From assembly GCA_963763775.1 (NCBI GenBank), contig CAVXPZ010000001.1, forward strand, positions 96,001-160,000: DNA of 64,000 nucleotides, in the 5' to 3' direction. A program made the translations under genes and the position numbers. The notes under the pieces were generated by a model. That model saw only the letters and a list, made by a program, of their open reading frames with translations, was not told the DNA's origin and searched no databases. The number at the start of each line of letters is the position of its first letter. The first letter of the stretch is position 1. The DNA comes from an uncultured Chloroflexia bacterium (GTDB taxonomy: Bacteria; Chloroflexota; Limnocylindria; Limnocylindrales; CSP1-4). Positions 52,661 through 63,983 of this stretch are shown piece after piece.

Positions 52661-53532
52661 CCAAGGATCAGGCGGACCGGGGCCCTGTGGTCATCACGGG
52701 CACGTCCACGGGCATCGGCGCTGCGACCGCGTTGCACCTTGCGGAGAACGGCTTCCGCGTGTTCGCCGGCGTTCGTCGGGCGGCCGACGGAGCGGCACTG
52801 AAGTCGCGCACCAAGGGTGAGCTCACCGTCCTGCTGTTCGACATCACCGACGCCGCGGCGATCGCGCGCGCGGTCGAGTCGGTGACGGTCGCCGTCGGCG
52901 AGCGAGGCCTGGCCGGTCTCGTCAACAACGCCGGCATCGTCAAGCCGGGACCGCTCGAGTTCCAGTCGCTGGCCGACTTCCGGGAGCAGCTGGAGGTCAA
53001 CCTCGTCGGCCAGCTGGCCGTGACCCAGGCGTTCCTGCCGTTGATCCGGTTGGGACGTGGGCGGATCGTCAACGTCGGGTCGATCGGCGGACGCCTGGTC
53101 CTGCCCATCCACGGCGCCTACCACGCGTCCAAGTTCGGCATCGAGGCGCTCAGTGACGCCCTGCGCCTCGAGTTGCGTCAGTGGCGCATCCCCGTGTCGC
53201 TCGTGGACCCTGGTGCGACCGAGACCGCCATCTTCGGCAAGACGCTCGCGGCACTCGATTCCGTGCTGACGTCACTCGACGAGGACGACCGGCACGAGTA
53301 CGACGCGCAGCTGGCGGCGATCCGCCGAACGGTCGAGAAGACGGCCGCCGACGCGGCCCCGGCGGTCGATCTGGCGAAGGCCATCGCCGAAGCCCTGACG
53401 GCCGACAAGCCGAAGGCCCGCTACCTGGCGGGCAAGGGAGCCAAAGCGGCTGCGGCACTGGCTCGGACGCCGTCGGACCGCGTCAAGGATCTGGCAATCG
53501 CCAGGGACGTCGGGCTGCCTGACCCGGAGTAG
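52657..53532 (+). CDS. SDR oxidoreductase
   Basis: TGTSTGIG, NNAG, YHASK. Confidence 0.93.
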   Translation: MTKDQADRGPVVITGTSTGIGAATALHLAENGFRVFAGVRRAADGAALKSRTKGELTVLLFDITDAAAIARAVESVTVAVGERGLAGLVNNAGIVKPGPLEFQSLADFREQLEVNLVGQLAVTQAFLPLIRLGRGRIVNVGSIGGRLVLPIHGAYHASKFGIEALSDALRLELRQWRIPVSLVDPGATETAIFGKTLAALDSVLTSLDEDDRHEYDAQLAAIRRTVEKTAADAAPAVDLAKAIAEALTADKPKARYLAGKGAKAAAALARTPSDRVKDLAIARDVGLPDPE

Positions 53533-53640
53533 TCACCGAGCGCGCACTGATGTCGATCCCCACGGCGAGCGGGAGGATCTGACCGATGACCTGTTGCACG
53601 ATGGTTCTCCCTTGACGAGACCGGCGTGAACGTCCGTCGG

Positions 53641-54005
53641 CTACGTCTCACCTTCGCGCGAACTCGGTCGTTCTCCATCCCGTCGTCGACGTCGTAGCCC
53701 ATGGCCAGGGCCAGCTTGGGCGCAGCGGACATCACGAGTGCAGAACCCGCGATGCGTGCGATGACGACCAGGACGTCCGTGATCTGCTCCGGCGATGCGC
53801 CAGCGGAGATCGCGGCGGTCACCTCGCACTGGTAGGCAGGCGCGTCCGCATCCACGGCGATGAGGACGGCAAGCCGGACAAGTGCCGCAGTCCGATCGTC
53901 GAGCACATCCGACGTGCGATCGGCCGTCGAGAACAAGGTGGTCATCAGCGAGACGTCGCCGAGGGTCAGCCTCCGGTAGAGCGCGGCCTGCGACGGCGAC
54001 AGCAT
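53641..54005 (-). CDS. Carboxymuconolactone decarboxylase-like protein (3' end uncertain)
   Basis: LDDRTAALVRLAVLIA..AISAGASPEQI..LALAMGYD. Confidence 0.7.
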
Positions 54006-54077
54006 TCCGGCACTCCTGACTTGCAGATGCACGTCTGCGACGCGCCGGTCAAGTGAACGTTCGCCGGAGACGAGGCG

Positions 54078-54098
54078 CATCAGCCCGAGCGGGTGAAA
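54078..54098 (-). promoter_or_regulatory. Regulon box 4 (upstream of the CMD-like gene)
   Basis: Minus strand TTTCACCCGCTCGGGCTGATG. Confidence 0.7.
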
Positions 54099-54126
54099 TC
54101 CTGCACATCGGCCGTCCGTCGACGGC

Positions 54127-55113
54127 TCAGTCGTCGACCTCCACCCAGATCGCCTGCTCGTCGTGATGTTCCCAGTCGGCACCCGGCATCGCGATCGACC
54201 AGCGCGTCCACGTCCCGACGGGCCGAGCCGGTGCCGTCCGGACCCGGGCACGGACGACCATGCCGGGCGCCAGCTCCACCGGCGAACGCAGCGGAGCCGT
54301 GGTCATCCCCCAATGCGTCTCGGGATCGCCGGGACCGTCGGAGAGCGAGATGCCGGGCGCGAGCTCGGCGCTGAACCAGAGTGCGAGCGCGTTAGCCGTC
54401 CCGTGGTCGTGGATCGAGAGCGCCACCTCGGTTTCGAATGGCGAGCTCGCCTCGTCGAGCGGGATGTCGTGCGCGTCGGTCGTCCACAGCCGCCCCGGCG
54501 ACGAGCGAGTATCGCCCGTCGCAAGGTGGCGAAAGGTGCCCGCGTAGGAGATCTCGTTCACCGTCTTCTCGATCAGGTCCTCGAAGTCGAGGCCATACGG
54601 GTTGGTCCGCAGGAACTCGACCGTGTCTTCGAGATAGCGGTCATGCACCAGCGCGGTCCACGCCGTGACCGAGCCGGGGATCATGATCCCGCCGGGCTTG
54701 AGCCATCGGTCACGGGCCGCGATGACCGGGACGAGCATCCCTTCGTCGATCCCGAAGCCCCCGAGCCACTCGGAGACGATCACATCCACCCGCCCCGGCG
54801 GCTCGATGTCCAGGACGTCTCCCTGGATCACCTCGATGACGTCGGAGAGTCGGTTTGCCGCGACGAGCTCCTGAGCCAGGACCGCGATGGATGTCTGCTC
54901 GACCGCATAGACGCGGGCGGCACCCGCCCGGGCCGCGAACATGCTCAGGACACCGCTACCTGCTCCGACGTCGAGGACGATGTCGCCCGGGCGCACGACC
55001 GCCTCGATCGCCCGCTTGAAGGCCTCCGTGCGGACCTCGTCGCGGATCATCGTCCGATGGACCTCGAACTCCGCATACATCGGGTCCGGCGAGATCCTGA
55101 TCGGCGTCCGCAT
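54127..55113 (-). CDS. PRMT-like (protein arginine methyltransferase-type) SAM-dependent methyltransferase
   Basis: YAEFEVHRTMIRDEVRT, VLDVGAGSG, VDVIVSEWLGGFGIDEGML, ARDRWLKPGG, THW. Confidence 0.85.
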   Translation of the reverse strand: MRTPIRISPDPMYAEFEVHRTMIRDEVRTEAFKRAIEAVVRPGDIVLDVGAGSGVLSMFAARAGAARVYAVEQTSIAVLAQELVAANRLSDVIEVIQGDVLDIEPPGRVDVIVSEWLGGFGIDEGMLVPVIAARDRWLKPGGIMIPGSVTAWTALVHDRYLEDTVEFLRTNPYGLDFEDLIEKTVNEISYAGTFRHLATGDTRSSPGRLWTTDAHDIPLDEASSPFETEVALSIHDHGTANALALWFSAELAPGISLSDGPGDPETHWGMTTAPLRSPVELAPGMVVRARVRTAPARPVGTWTRWSIAMPGADWEHHDEQAIWVEVDD

Positions 55114-55191
55114 CTGACGACTATAGGGAGTACGCCGGCGCCGCACGCCCTCGGACGGCACGGTCGCCGTCATCGACCGGCACCCACCGAG

Positions 55192-55212
55192 TTTCAGCCC
55201 TTCGGGGTGATG
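55192..55212 (+). promoter_or_regulatory. Regulon box 5 (upstream of the SHOCT gene)
   Basis: TTTCAGCCCTTCGGGGTGATG. Confidence 0.7.
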
Positions 55213-55269
55213 CCGGGCCTCTGGAAGGCCGGGATGATCACCGAAAGCCCACAGGCTAAGGAGATCTCC

Positions 55270-55564
55270 ATGGGAATGAGACGACGAACACGACGCCGTG
55301 CGCTCGTGGCCGGAGCAGCGGTCGCGCACCATCGCAGCAACATGGCTGCGGAGCAGCAGCAGGCCGGCTATGACCAGGGAGCGTCCGACGCCCAGCAAGC
55401 GGCTCCCGCGCCGCAGTATCAAGCGCCCGCGGCGCCAGTCGCTCGCCGCGCCCCCCCCGCCGGACCCCTACGACCAGATCGAGCATCTCGCCCAGCTCCA
55501 TGCCTCGGGTGCCTTGACCGACCAGGAGTTCGCGGCCGAGAAGGCGAAGGTCCTCGGGTCGTGA
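55270..55564 (+). CDS. SHOCT-domain protein with Arg-rich N-terminus (frameshift near the C-run at ~55450)
   Basis: MGMRRRTRRRALVAG..; YDQIEHLAQLHASGALTDQEFAAEKAKVLG; TAAGGAG RBS. Confidence 0.8.
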
Positions 55565-55624
55565 GCGCGACATGTGACGCCAGCGACTTCGGCCCGATCT
55601 TCACGATGGGAGCGGAGGCCCACA

Positions 55625-56041
55625 ATGACTAGATCGCGCAAGGACACCCTCGCCAGGGCGCTCGAGGCGGAGGTCGGTGGCGAGACGGTTGATCCCGCGA
55701 CGCTGTTCACCGACGATGTCGTCGGCTGGTCGCCGTACGCGTCTGTCTCCGGATTGAAGGCGCTCAGTGCGTTGGAGGTCATCCACCAGCTCGCGTTCTC
55801 CAACGTGGTGATCCTGTTCCGGGGACTCGATGAAGTCGGCAACAAGGCGTTCGCCGAATGGGTCATCGAAGCCGATCACACCGGACCACTCGTCCTCGGC
55901 GAGGACGCCGTCGTGGAGGCGACGGGGCGGCACATCCAGCTGGCGGGCGCCACCGTGGCCGACTTCCGCGACGGCAAGATCCGGTCGTTCCGGACGTACT
56001 TCGACGACATCTCGCTCATCGAGCAGGTCGTCGGCGCCTGA
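55625..56041 (+). CDS. SnoaL/NTF2-like protein
   Basis: LFTDDV, EW...HTG, ATGRHIQLAG, FRDGKIRSFRTYFD. Confidence 0.85.
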   Translation: MTRSRKDTLARALEAEVGGETVDPATLFTDDVVGWSPYASVSGLKALSALEVIHQLAFSNVVILFRGLDEVGNKAFAEWVIEADHTGPLVLGEDAVVEATGRHIQLAGATVADFRDGKIRSFRTYFDDISLIEQVVGA

Positions 56042-56055
56042 CCACGACGCAAGCG

Positions 56056-56478
56056 ATGGAATTCCACGTCGAGCGCGACCCTGATCCGCTCGACGTGGGG
56101 TTCCTTGAGATGCAGATCCGCCGTGAGGCCAGTCTCGCCATGCGCCTCGGCGACGAGGTCGAACTGGCGATCTTCGTGCGAGTCGGCGACAGGATCGTCG
56201 CCGGCATCAGCGGCTGGACCTGGGGCGATTGCTGCGAGTTGTCGAGCCTCTGGGTCGACTCGAGTCTGAAAGGTCGATGGCTCGCGCCCAGGCTGATCGC
56301 TGCCGCCGAAGCCGAAGCGGTCGCTCGCGGATGTACGCAGACCATCCACTTCTCGTACGGGTTCCAGGCTCGGCGCCTCTACGAACGGGCCGGATACGAA
56401 GTCGTCGGGCGCGTCGAGGACTTTCCGGCAGGGACGGACGCCTTCTGGTTTCGCAAGCGTCTTCGCCACGGCCCATGA
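56056..56478 (+). CDS. GNAT acetyltransferase
   Basis: LWVDSSLKGRWLA, RGC, FQARRLYERAGY. Confidence 0.85.
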   Translation: MEFHVERDPDPLDVGFLEMQIRREASLAMRLGDEVELAIFVRVGDRIVAGISGWTWGDCCELSSLWVDSSLKGRWLAPRLIAAAEAEAVARGCTQTIHFSYGFQARRLYERAGYEVVGRVEDFPAGTDAFWFRKRLRHGP

Positions 56479-56572
56479 AACGGACCGCCTGGCTTCATCG
56501 GCAGATCGCGTAGCCTCGCCGACGCCAGGACGGCCACGAGGGGTCGTCAGCGGGTCGGCGCCGTGTCTATGC

Positions 56573-58885
56573 TTGGGCGATGGCGACACGGATCGGGGGG
56601 GAGGACGATCGAGCGGCCGCGAACGCCACTGGCGCGAGCGCCGGCCCTCAGCTCCAAGTTCGCGCTTGCCGGCCGCGCCGGCGGCGGTGATGCCCCGCCC
56701 CAGGCTCACCGACCTCCTCGTGGCGGCCGATGGCCCCGCCGTCGTGTCGATCGTGGCCCCAGCCGGCTATGGCAAGACCACGCTGCTCCGCCAGTGGGCC
56801 GACCACCTGTCGAACGTCGGGTATGTCGCCCTCGACGTCAGCGACAACGACCCCGTCGTGCTGATCTCGGCGATCGCGACCGCCCTCGATCGAGTGGAGC
56901 CGCTCGATCCGGCCTTGCTGCGGCTGCTCGGGTCGCCCGGGCGATCCCTCGAATTGACGCTCCTACCGGGACTCGTGGAAGCGATCTGGGCACGGCACAC
57001 GCCCACGGTGTTGATGCTCGATGACGCGCATCAGCTCGACCAGGCTGTGGCACTCGACGTCGTGGCCTTCCTCATGCTCCGCTTGCCCACGACCCTGCGA
57101 CTGGTATTCACCGCGCGTCGGATGCTGCCACTCCCCTACGCACGCCTCCGCCCTACCGGTCACTTGCTGGAGCTGGGTCCACGCGAACTGGCATTGGACG
57201 AGGCGGACGCGCAGGCGCTGGCGACCGCGATCGGTGTCCGGGTCCCGCCAAGCCAGCTCGCCGGCCTTCTGGCGAGGACCGAGGGATGGCCGGCGGCCAC
57301 CTATCTTGGTCTCCGCCTGGCGGGATCTGCCCGCTCACAGGACAACGGGGCCGATGGACTGACGGGGACGGAGGCGTCCATCGCGGACTACATGCAGTCG
57401 GAACTGCTCGAGCCGCTGGACGCCGGAACGCGGACGTGGTTGCGCCGAACATCGGTGCTGGACGCCATGAGCGGACCGCTCTGCGACGCCACACTCGGCA
57501 CGACAGGTTCGATGACGGTGCTGCGGCGCCTGGAGCGAGACAACCTCTTCGTGGTGGCGCTCGATGCGAATTGCGGTTCGTACCGCTACCACCGGCTCTT
57601 CCGCGACCTCCTCCGCGACGAGCTCGACGAGCATGAATCTGGCGCGGCCGTCGAGCTGTGTACGCGCGCGGCCGCCTGGTGCGCCGAACACGGGGAGCGG
57701 GAGCGCGCGGTCGAATACGCCCTCGCCTCTGGTGACATGGACCTCGTCGCGCGGTTCGTTCTCGCGTACACCTTCCCCCTGCACTGGTCGGGCCGCATCG
57801 CGACCGTCGGACGGTGGCTCGACTTGTTCGACCGCGACGGAGAGCGGGAGCGCCGCGCCGCCCTGGCAGTGTTCGCGGGCTGGGTCCACGCGATGGAAGG
57901 ACGGACGCGAGAGGCGAGACGGTGGCTCACGAGCGCGGAGCTCTCGGCCGATGTCAGCCCGATGCCGGACGGAGCAACCAAGGCGTCGTGGGTCGCGGTG
58001 CTCCGCGGGTACATGGCCCCGGATGGACTGGACACGCTCGCGTCGGATGCGCGCACCGCGCTCGCCGGGATCCCGGACGAGAGCCCATTTCGTCAGGGTG
58101 CATTGATCCTCGGGGGGTTCGCCGCGATCGCCGCTCGCACACCGCTGGCAGCCGACGTGCTGTTCGCCGAGGCTGTCGCGGTGGCCGAGGCCCGGCGTGC
58201 GATCCCTGGCATCTCACTCGCGCTCGGCGAGCGTGCGCTCCTCGCGCTCGGCCGTGGCGATGTCGCGGCCGCGACCAGGCATGTCGAGTCGGGCCTCGCG
58301 GTCGTTCATGAGGCGGGGATGGACGAGTTCGTCGCGAGCATGACCCTCCATGCCGCCGCGGCCAGGGTCGCGCTGGCGAACGGCTCCCCGTCGGAGGCAC
58401 GCCTGGCGATCGCCCGTGTGAACCGGATGCGACCGATCGCGACCGCTGCCCTCCCGATTCCCGCCCTGCAGATGCGCTTCGAGACGATCCGTGCCTGCAT
58501 CGTGCTCAACGAGGCCTCGGCGGCGAGGACGCTGCTGCTGGAGGTCAGGGACATCCTTCGCCAGTGCCCGGATCTGGGAGCGTTGGTCGACGAGGCCGTC
58601 GAGTTGGAGCGAGCGGTGGGATCCCTTCGCGCGACGTCTGCCGGGCCGTGGGCCTTGACGACGGCGGAGCTGCGGTTGCTCGCCTACCTGCCGACGCATC
58701 TCACATTCCGCGAGATCGCCGCCCGGCTCTTCGTCTCGACGCACACCGTCAAGACCCAGGCCATGGCGATCTACGGCAAGCTGGGCGTGTCGTCGCGCCG
58801 TGGCGCTATCGAGCAGGCCGTCCAGGCCGGCCTTCTGGATGCGGCCGTCATCAGGATGCCCGGGATCCCGGAAGGGATCGGCTGA
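56573..58885 (+). CDS. MalT-like (AAA + TPR + LuxR HTH) transcriptional regulator
   Basis: APAGYGKTT, LMLDDAH, RTEGWPA, YRYHRLF, LTTAELRLLAYLPTHLTFREIAARLFVSTHTVKT..IYGKLGVSSR. Confidence 0.93.
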   Translation: MGDGDTDRGGGRSSGRERHWRERRPSAPSSRLPAAPAAVMPRPRLTDLLVAADGPAVVSIVAPAGYGKTTLLRQWADHLSNVGYVALDVSDNDPVVLISAIATALDRVEPLDPALLRLLGSPGRSLELTLLPGLVEAIWARHTPTVLMLDDAHQLDQAVALDVVAFLMLRLPTTLRLVFTARRMLPLPYARLRPTGHLLELGPRELALDEADAQALATAIGVRVPPSQLAGLLARTEGWPAATYLGLRLAGSARSQDNGADGLTGTEASIADYMQSELLEPLDAGTRTWLRRTSVLDAMSGPLCDATLGTTGSMTVLRRLERDNLFVVALDANCGSYRYHRLFRDLLRDELDEHESGAAVELCTRAAAWCAEHGERERAVEYALASGDMDLVARFVLAYTFPLHWSGRIATVGRWLDLFDRDGERERRAALAVFAGWVHAMEGRTREARRWLTSAELSADVSPMPDGATKASWVAVLRGYMAPDGLDTLASDARTALAGIPDESPFRQGALILGGFAAIAARTPLAADVLFAEAVAVAEARRAIPGISLALGERALLALGRGDVAAATRHVESGLAVVHEAGMDEFVASMTLHAAAARVALANGSPSEARLAIARVNRMRPIATAALPIPALQMRFETIRACIVLNEASAARTLLLEVRDILRQCPDLGALVDEAVELERAVGSLRATSAGPWALTTAELRLLAYLPTHLTFREIAARLFVSTHTVKTQAMAIYGKLGVSSRRGAIEQAVQAGLLDAAVIRMPGIPEGIG

Positions 58886-58920
58886 GCGTCCAGCGCTCAT
58901 GCAGATACACCCAGGGAGTA

Positions 58921-58996
58921 TTGACAAGGTCTTGACAAACGGGCCATCGAGGCGCATCATCCCCATCGATAGGGCTTGTCAAGACTTGACAGGCCC
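58921..58996 (+). promoter_or_regulatory. dnaG-rpoD promoter region with multiple TTGACA boxes and a palindrome
   Basis: TTGACA(58932)-17 bp-CATCAT; extra TTGACA at 58921 and 58986; hairpin GGGCTTGTCAA-GAC-TTGACAGGCCC. Confidence 0.65.
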
Positions 58997-59049
58997 ACAG
59001 TCATGTCCGGGTCCTTGGCGGGAAGCCGGGCGAGCGCAGGAGGCGCCAT

Positions 59050-60964
59050 TTGGCGGTCGGCGTCGCAGCCGAAGTCAAGAGCAAGCTGTCGGTCGTCGAG
59101 GTCGTCGGCGAGACCGTGTCGCTCAAGAAGGCGGGCACCAGCTACAAGGGCCTGTGCCCGTTCCACGGTGAGAAGACACCGTCGTTCGTGGTCACCCCGG
59201 CCCGGGAGTCCTGGCACTGCTTCGGCTGTGGGCTGGGCGGGGACATCTTCAGTTTCGTCATGCAGCGCGACGGCGTCGCGTTCCCGGAGGCCCTCCGGAC
59301 GCTGGCGCAGCGGGCCGGCGTCGAGATCGACGAGCGCACCAAGCGCGAGGACGCGCACAAGGCCCGGCTCCGCCAGGTCCTCGACCACGCCATCGCCTTC
59401 TACCACGCGGTCCTGACCGGCTCGAAGACCGGCGGCGCATGCCCTGACCTATCTGCACGAGCGCGGGTTCACCGACGAGACCATCGAGACCCACCAGCTC
59501 GGCTGGGCGCCCGGCGGCTGGGACACGATGACCCGGATGCTCGCGAACAAGCGCGACGTCCGGCCCGAGGAGCTCGTCGAGGTGGGGCTCGCATCGCCGC
59601 GGACCAACGGCCGTGGCGGTGTCTACGACAAGTTCCGCGCGCGCGTCCTGTTCCCGATCCGGGACCAGAACGGCAACGCGGTCGGGCTCGGCGGGCGGCT
59701 CCTGGAGGGCGAGGGTCCCAAGTACCTCAACACGGCCGCGACCGTGCTCTTCGACAAGAGCCGGACGCTCTATCTCATCGACAAGGCCAAAGGCCCGATC
59801 CGCCGCTCGAAGCAGGCGGTCATCGTCGAGGGCTACACCGACGCCCTGATGGCGCACCAGGCCGGCTTCGACAACGTCGTCGCGAGCCTCGGGACCGCGC
59901 TCACGCCCGGCCAGGTGGCGCTCCTGACGCGTTACGCCGAACGGATCGTCCTCGCGTACGACGTCGACTCGGCGGGGGAGAAGGCCGGCACGCTCGGCGT
60001 CACCGCGCTGGCCGGGCTGATCGGGCAGCTCCAGGCCGACGACTCGGGCGTGAAGCTCGAGGACGTGCGGGTCGCCCGGCTGCCCGACGGCAAGGATCCC
60101 GACGAGGTCGTCCGCGAGTCGCCGGACGCCTGGTCGGCCGCGATCGCGGCCGCCAAGCCACTCGTGGAGTACCTCATCGGTCACCACGCGGCGCGGTTCG
60201 ACCTCAAGACCTCGTCCGGGCGCATCGGCTTCGTGGAGGCGGTGATGCCGTCGATCCGCGACATCGCGGACCCGCTCCGTCGCGACGAGGCGCTCCAGGA
60301 GGTCCGCCAGGTCTCTGGCGTGGAGGAACGCGTGCTCCGACAGGTGCTGGAACGCCGGCTGGCCGCGGCGGGACCCGGCCGCGCCGGCGACTCGCAGGGC
60401 CGGATCACGGCGGACTCGGTGCTCGCCTCGCCCGACGCGCTCCCGATCCACGACATCCTGCGCGCGATCACGCCGGTCGAGTCCGAGCTCCTGCGCTTGC
60501 TGCTCCTGGTCCCCGACCTGCAACTGCGGGTCGTGGACGAGCTGGGGCCGGACCAGCTGCCGTCGACGGTGGCCCGCGAGCTGTTCCGGGCGATCGTGCT
60601 CCAGCGGGCGCCGGACGACCACGGCGTCCACCCGCCGTTCGACGGGGCGGCGCTGCTGCTCGCCCTCGACGACGAAACGGCGGCGCTCGCTCGAGCGTTG
60701 TATGCGAAGGCGGGGCCGGATCCCCGCACGCTCGATGCGCATCAACTCGAGTACGAGGTCTCCCGGCTGCTCCTGGAGCTGGAGGACGACCAGCTGCGCG
60801 AGCGCAGCGACTACAACGAGGCCGCCCAGGGGGAGGCCGAACGGGCCGGCGACGCCGAGGCGATCGACCGACTGATGAACGAACGACGACAGATCAACGA
60901 AGCGCGCCGGTCGCTCGACCGACGTCGAGACCAGACCCGGCTGCTGACCAGCCCTCGGAGGTGA
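59050..60964 (+). CDS. dnaG: DNA primase (frameshift near 59440)
   Basis: CPFHGEKTPSF..CFGC zinc finger, PKYLNT, VEGYTD, YDVDSAG TOPRIM, KDPD; AGGAGG RBS. Confidence 0.96.
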
Positions 60965-60967
60965 CCC

Positions 60968-62704
<1,737 letters not shown>

Positions 62705-62792
62705 TCCCGGCGAGGGCTGAGGGCGCGGCCCGGGGAAGGGCCGGGACCTTCGAGTCCTTGCCTCGTCCATCAGCGACGTGTTCGCTTCGGAC

Positions 62793-63563
62793 ATGCGCTG
62801 GACTCGGGTCGCACTGACGGCGGTCGCCGGCCTCGTCCTGGGGGTCGGCATCTACTCGGTCGTGGGCGCCGCGACCCAGCCGCGCCGCACGACGGCCGTC
62901 TACGACCCGCCCGTCGTCGCCGGGCAGCAGCTCTGGGGCTACTGCGCGGGCGGGTTCTACGCTCGGCATGGGCAGACGATCGTGTTGACGTCGACCGGTC
63001 ACTGCACCACCGAGGGCACGGTCGCCAACGATCCCGACGGTGTCGGCGTTCGCGGGGTCTTCGGTCCTCGTGCGCAAGATGCCACGTGCCCGTACCCGGG
63101 CCACAAGTGCGCGGCGTCGGACCTCAACTACCTCGTCGTCGCGTCGGACCGCATCCCGTGGGGGCATCTCAACGTGGTCGACCTCGGGACGGCCGGATAC
63201 CGGATCATCCCGCCCGGGACGCGGCCGCTCGGCTGCGCGGACGTCGCGATCGGCGACCCGGTGGAGATCGACGGTCGCGATACCTACCGCAGGGGCACGG
63301 TCCTCGAGAAGGGTGACTACCTTCACGCCGAGGACGGCGACTACTTCCCATGCATGATCGCCGCCGGTGTCCAGGTCGCGCCCGGCGACTCGGGCGGTGC
63401 GGTCCTCGTTCGCGGCATCCCGGCGGGCGTGACGAGTCGCAGCTTCGGCGGCAATCTCGGGTTCACGCCGTTGGCCGAAGGGCTCGCAGAGCTCGGTCTC
63501 GAGCTCTGCACGACCCCCGACTGCGGCCTCGAGCCGCCGACGGCCGGAGACCCGCCCGCATGA
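62793..63563 (+). CDS. Secreted S1 (trypsin-like) serine protease
   Basis: N-terminal TM/signal, TGHC, GDSGG, several Cys. Confidence 0.82.
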   Translation: MRWTRVALTAVAGLVLGVGIYSVVGAATQPRRTTAVYDPPVVAGQQLWGYCAGGFYARHGQTIVLTSTGHCTTEGTVANDPDGVGVRGVFGPRAQDATCPYPGHKCAASDLNYLVVASDRIPWGHLNVVDLGTAGYRIIPPGTRPLGCADVAIGDPVEIDGRDTYRRGTVLEKGDYLHAEDGDYFPCMIAAGVQVAPGDSGGAVLVRGIPAGVTSRSFGGNLGFTPLAEGLAELGLELCTTPDCGLEPPTAGDPPA

Positions 63564-63736
63564 CCGACTTCGGTCCGCGGCATGCGCAGGTGCACGCCTT
63601 CATCAATTCTCTGGCCGGACTCGATGACGACGGGCTGTGGCAGCTCGAGCAATCGGTGCGCCAGCCGGTCCGGTCCTACCCCCTCGTCGACACGCGAGCA
63701 CTCGCGGAGGCCTCAGGACGCTTGCTGGCGGGATGA
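63560..63736 (+). CDS. Short hypothetical protein, possibly a truncated remnant
   Basis: ATGA overlap with the protease; MTDFGPRHAQVHAFINSLAGLDD. Confidence 0.45.
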   Translation: MTDFGPRHAQVHAFINSLAGLDDDGLWQLEQSVRQPVRSYPLVDTRALAEASGRLLAG

Positions 63737-63954
63737 CGACCTGGGACGGGAGCGAGCCGCCGGCGCCGGGGTCGTCTGGTGACTACGCGAGAAGGACGGT
63801 CCCGTGGCCTGCCAGACACCCGGCCGAGGATTCGCGTCGGCGCACGTCCATGCCCGGTGACGGCCCCGACCGCGGATGACCTGCAGGGTCAGTCATGCGT
63901 GTCCGCGGCGCCACTCCCCCGGTTCCCGAAAGCACCGTATTCGGGCGCGCGTCG

Positions 63955-63983
63955 TTGAGGCGGCGGTAGCCCAGAGGTACTAT
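63955..63983 (+). promoter_or_regulatory. Sigma70-like promoter for a transcript starting at the window end
   Basis: TTGAGG-17 bp-TACTAT. Confidence 0.5.

Noticed and set aside
59400-59480. Programmed frameshift or pseudogenisation of dnaG (likewise glpK, adh, petB)
   Set aside because: No slippery heptamer; similar single-base shifts occur throughout the window, so sequencing error is the simpler explanation
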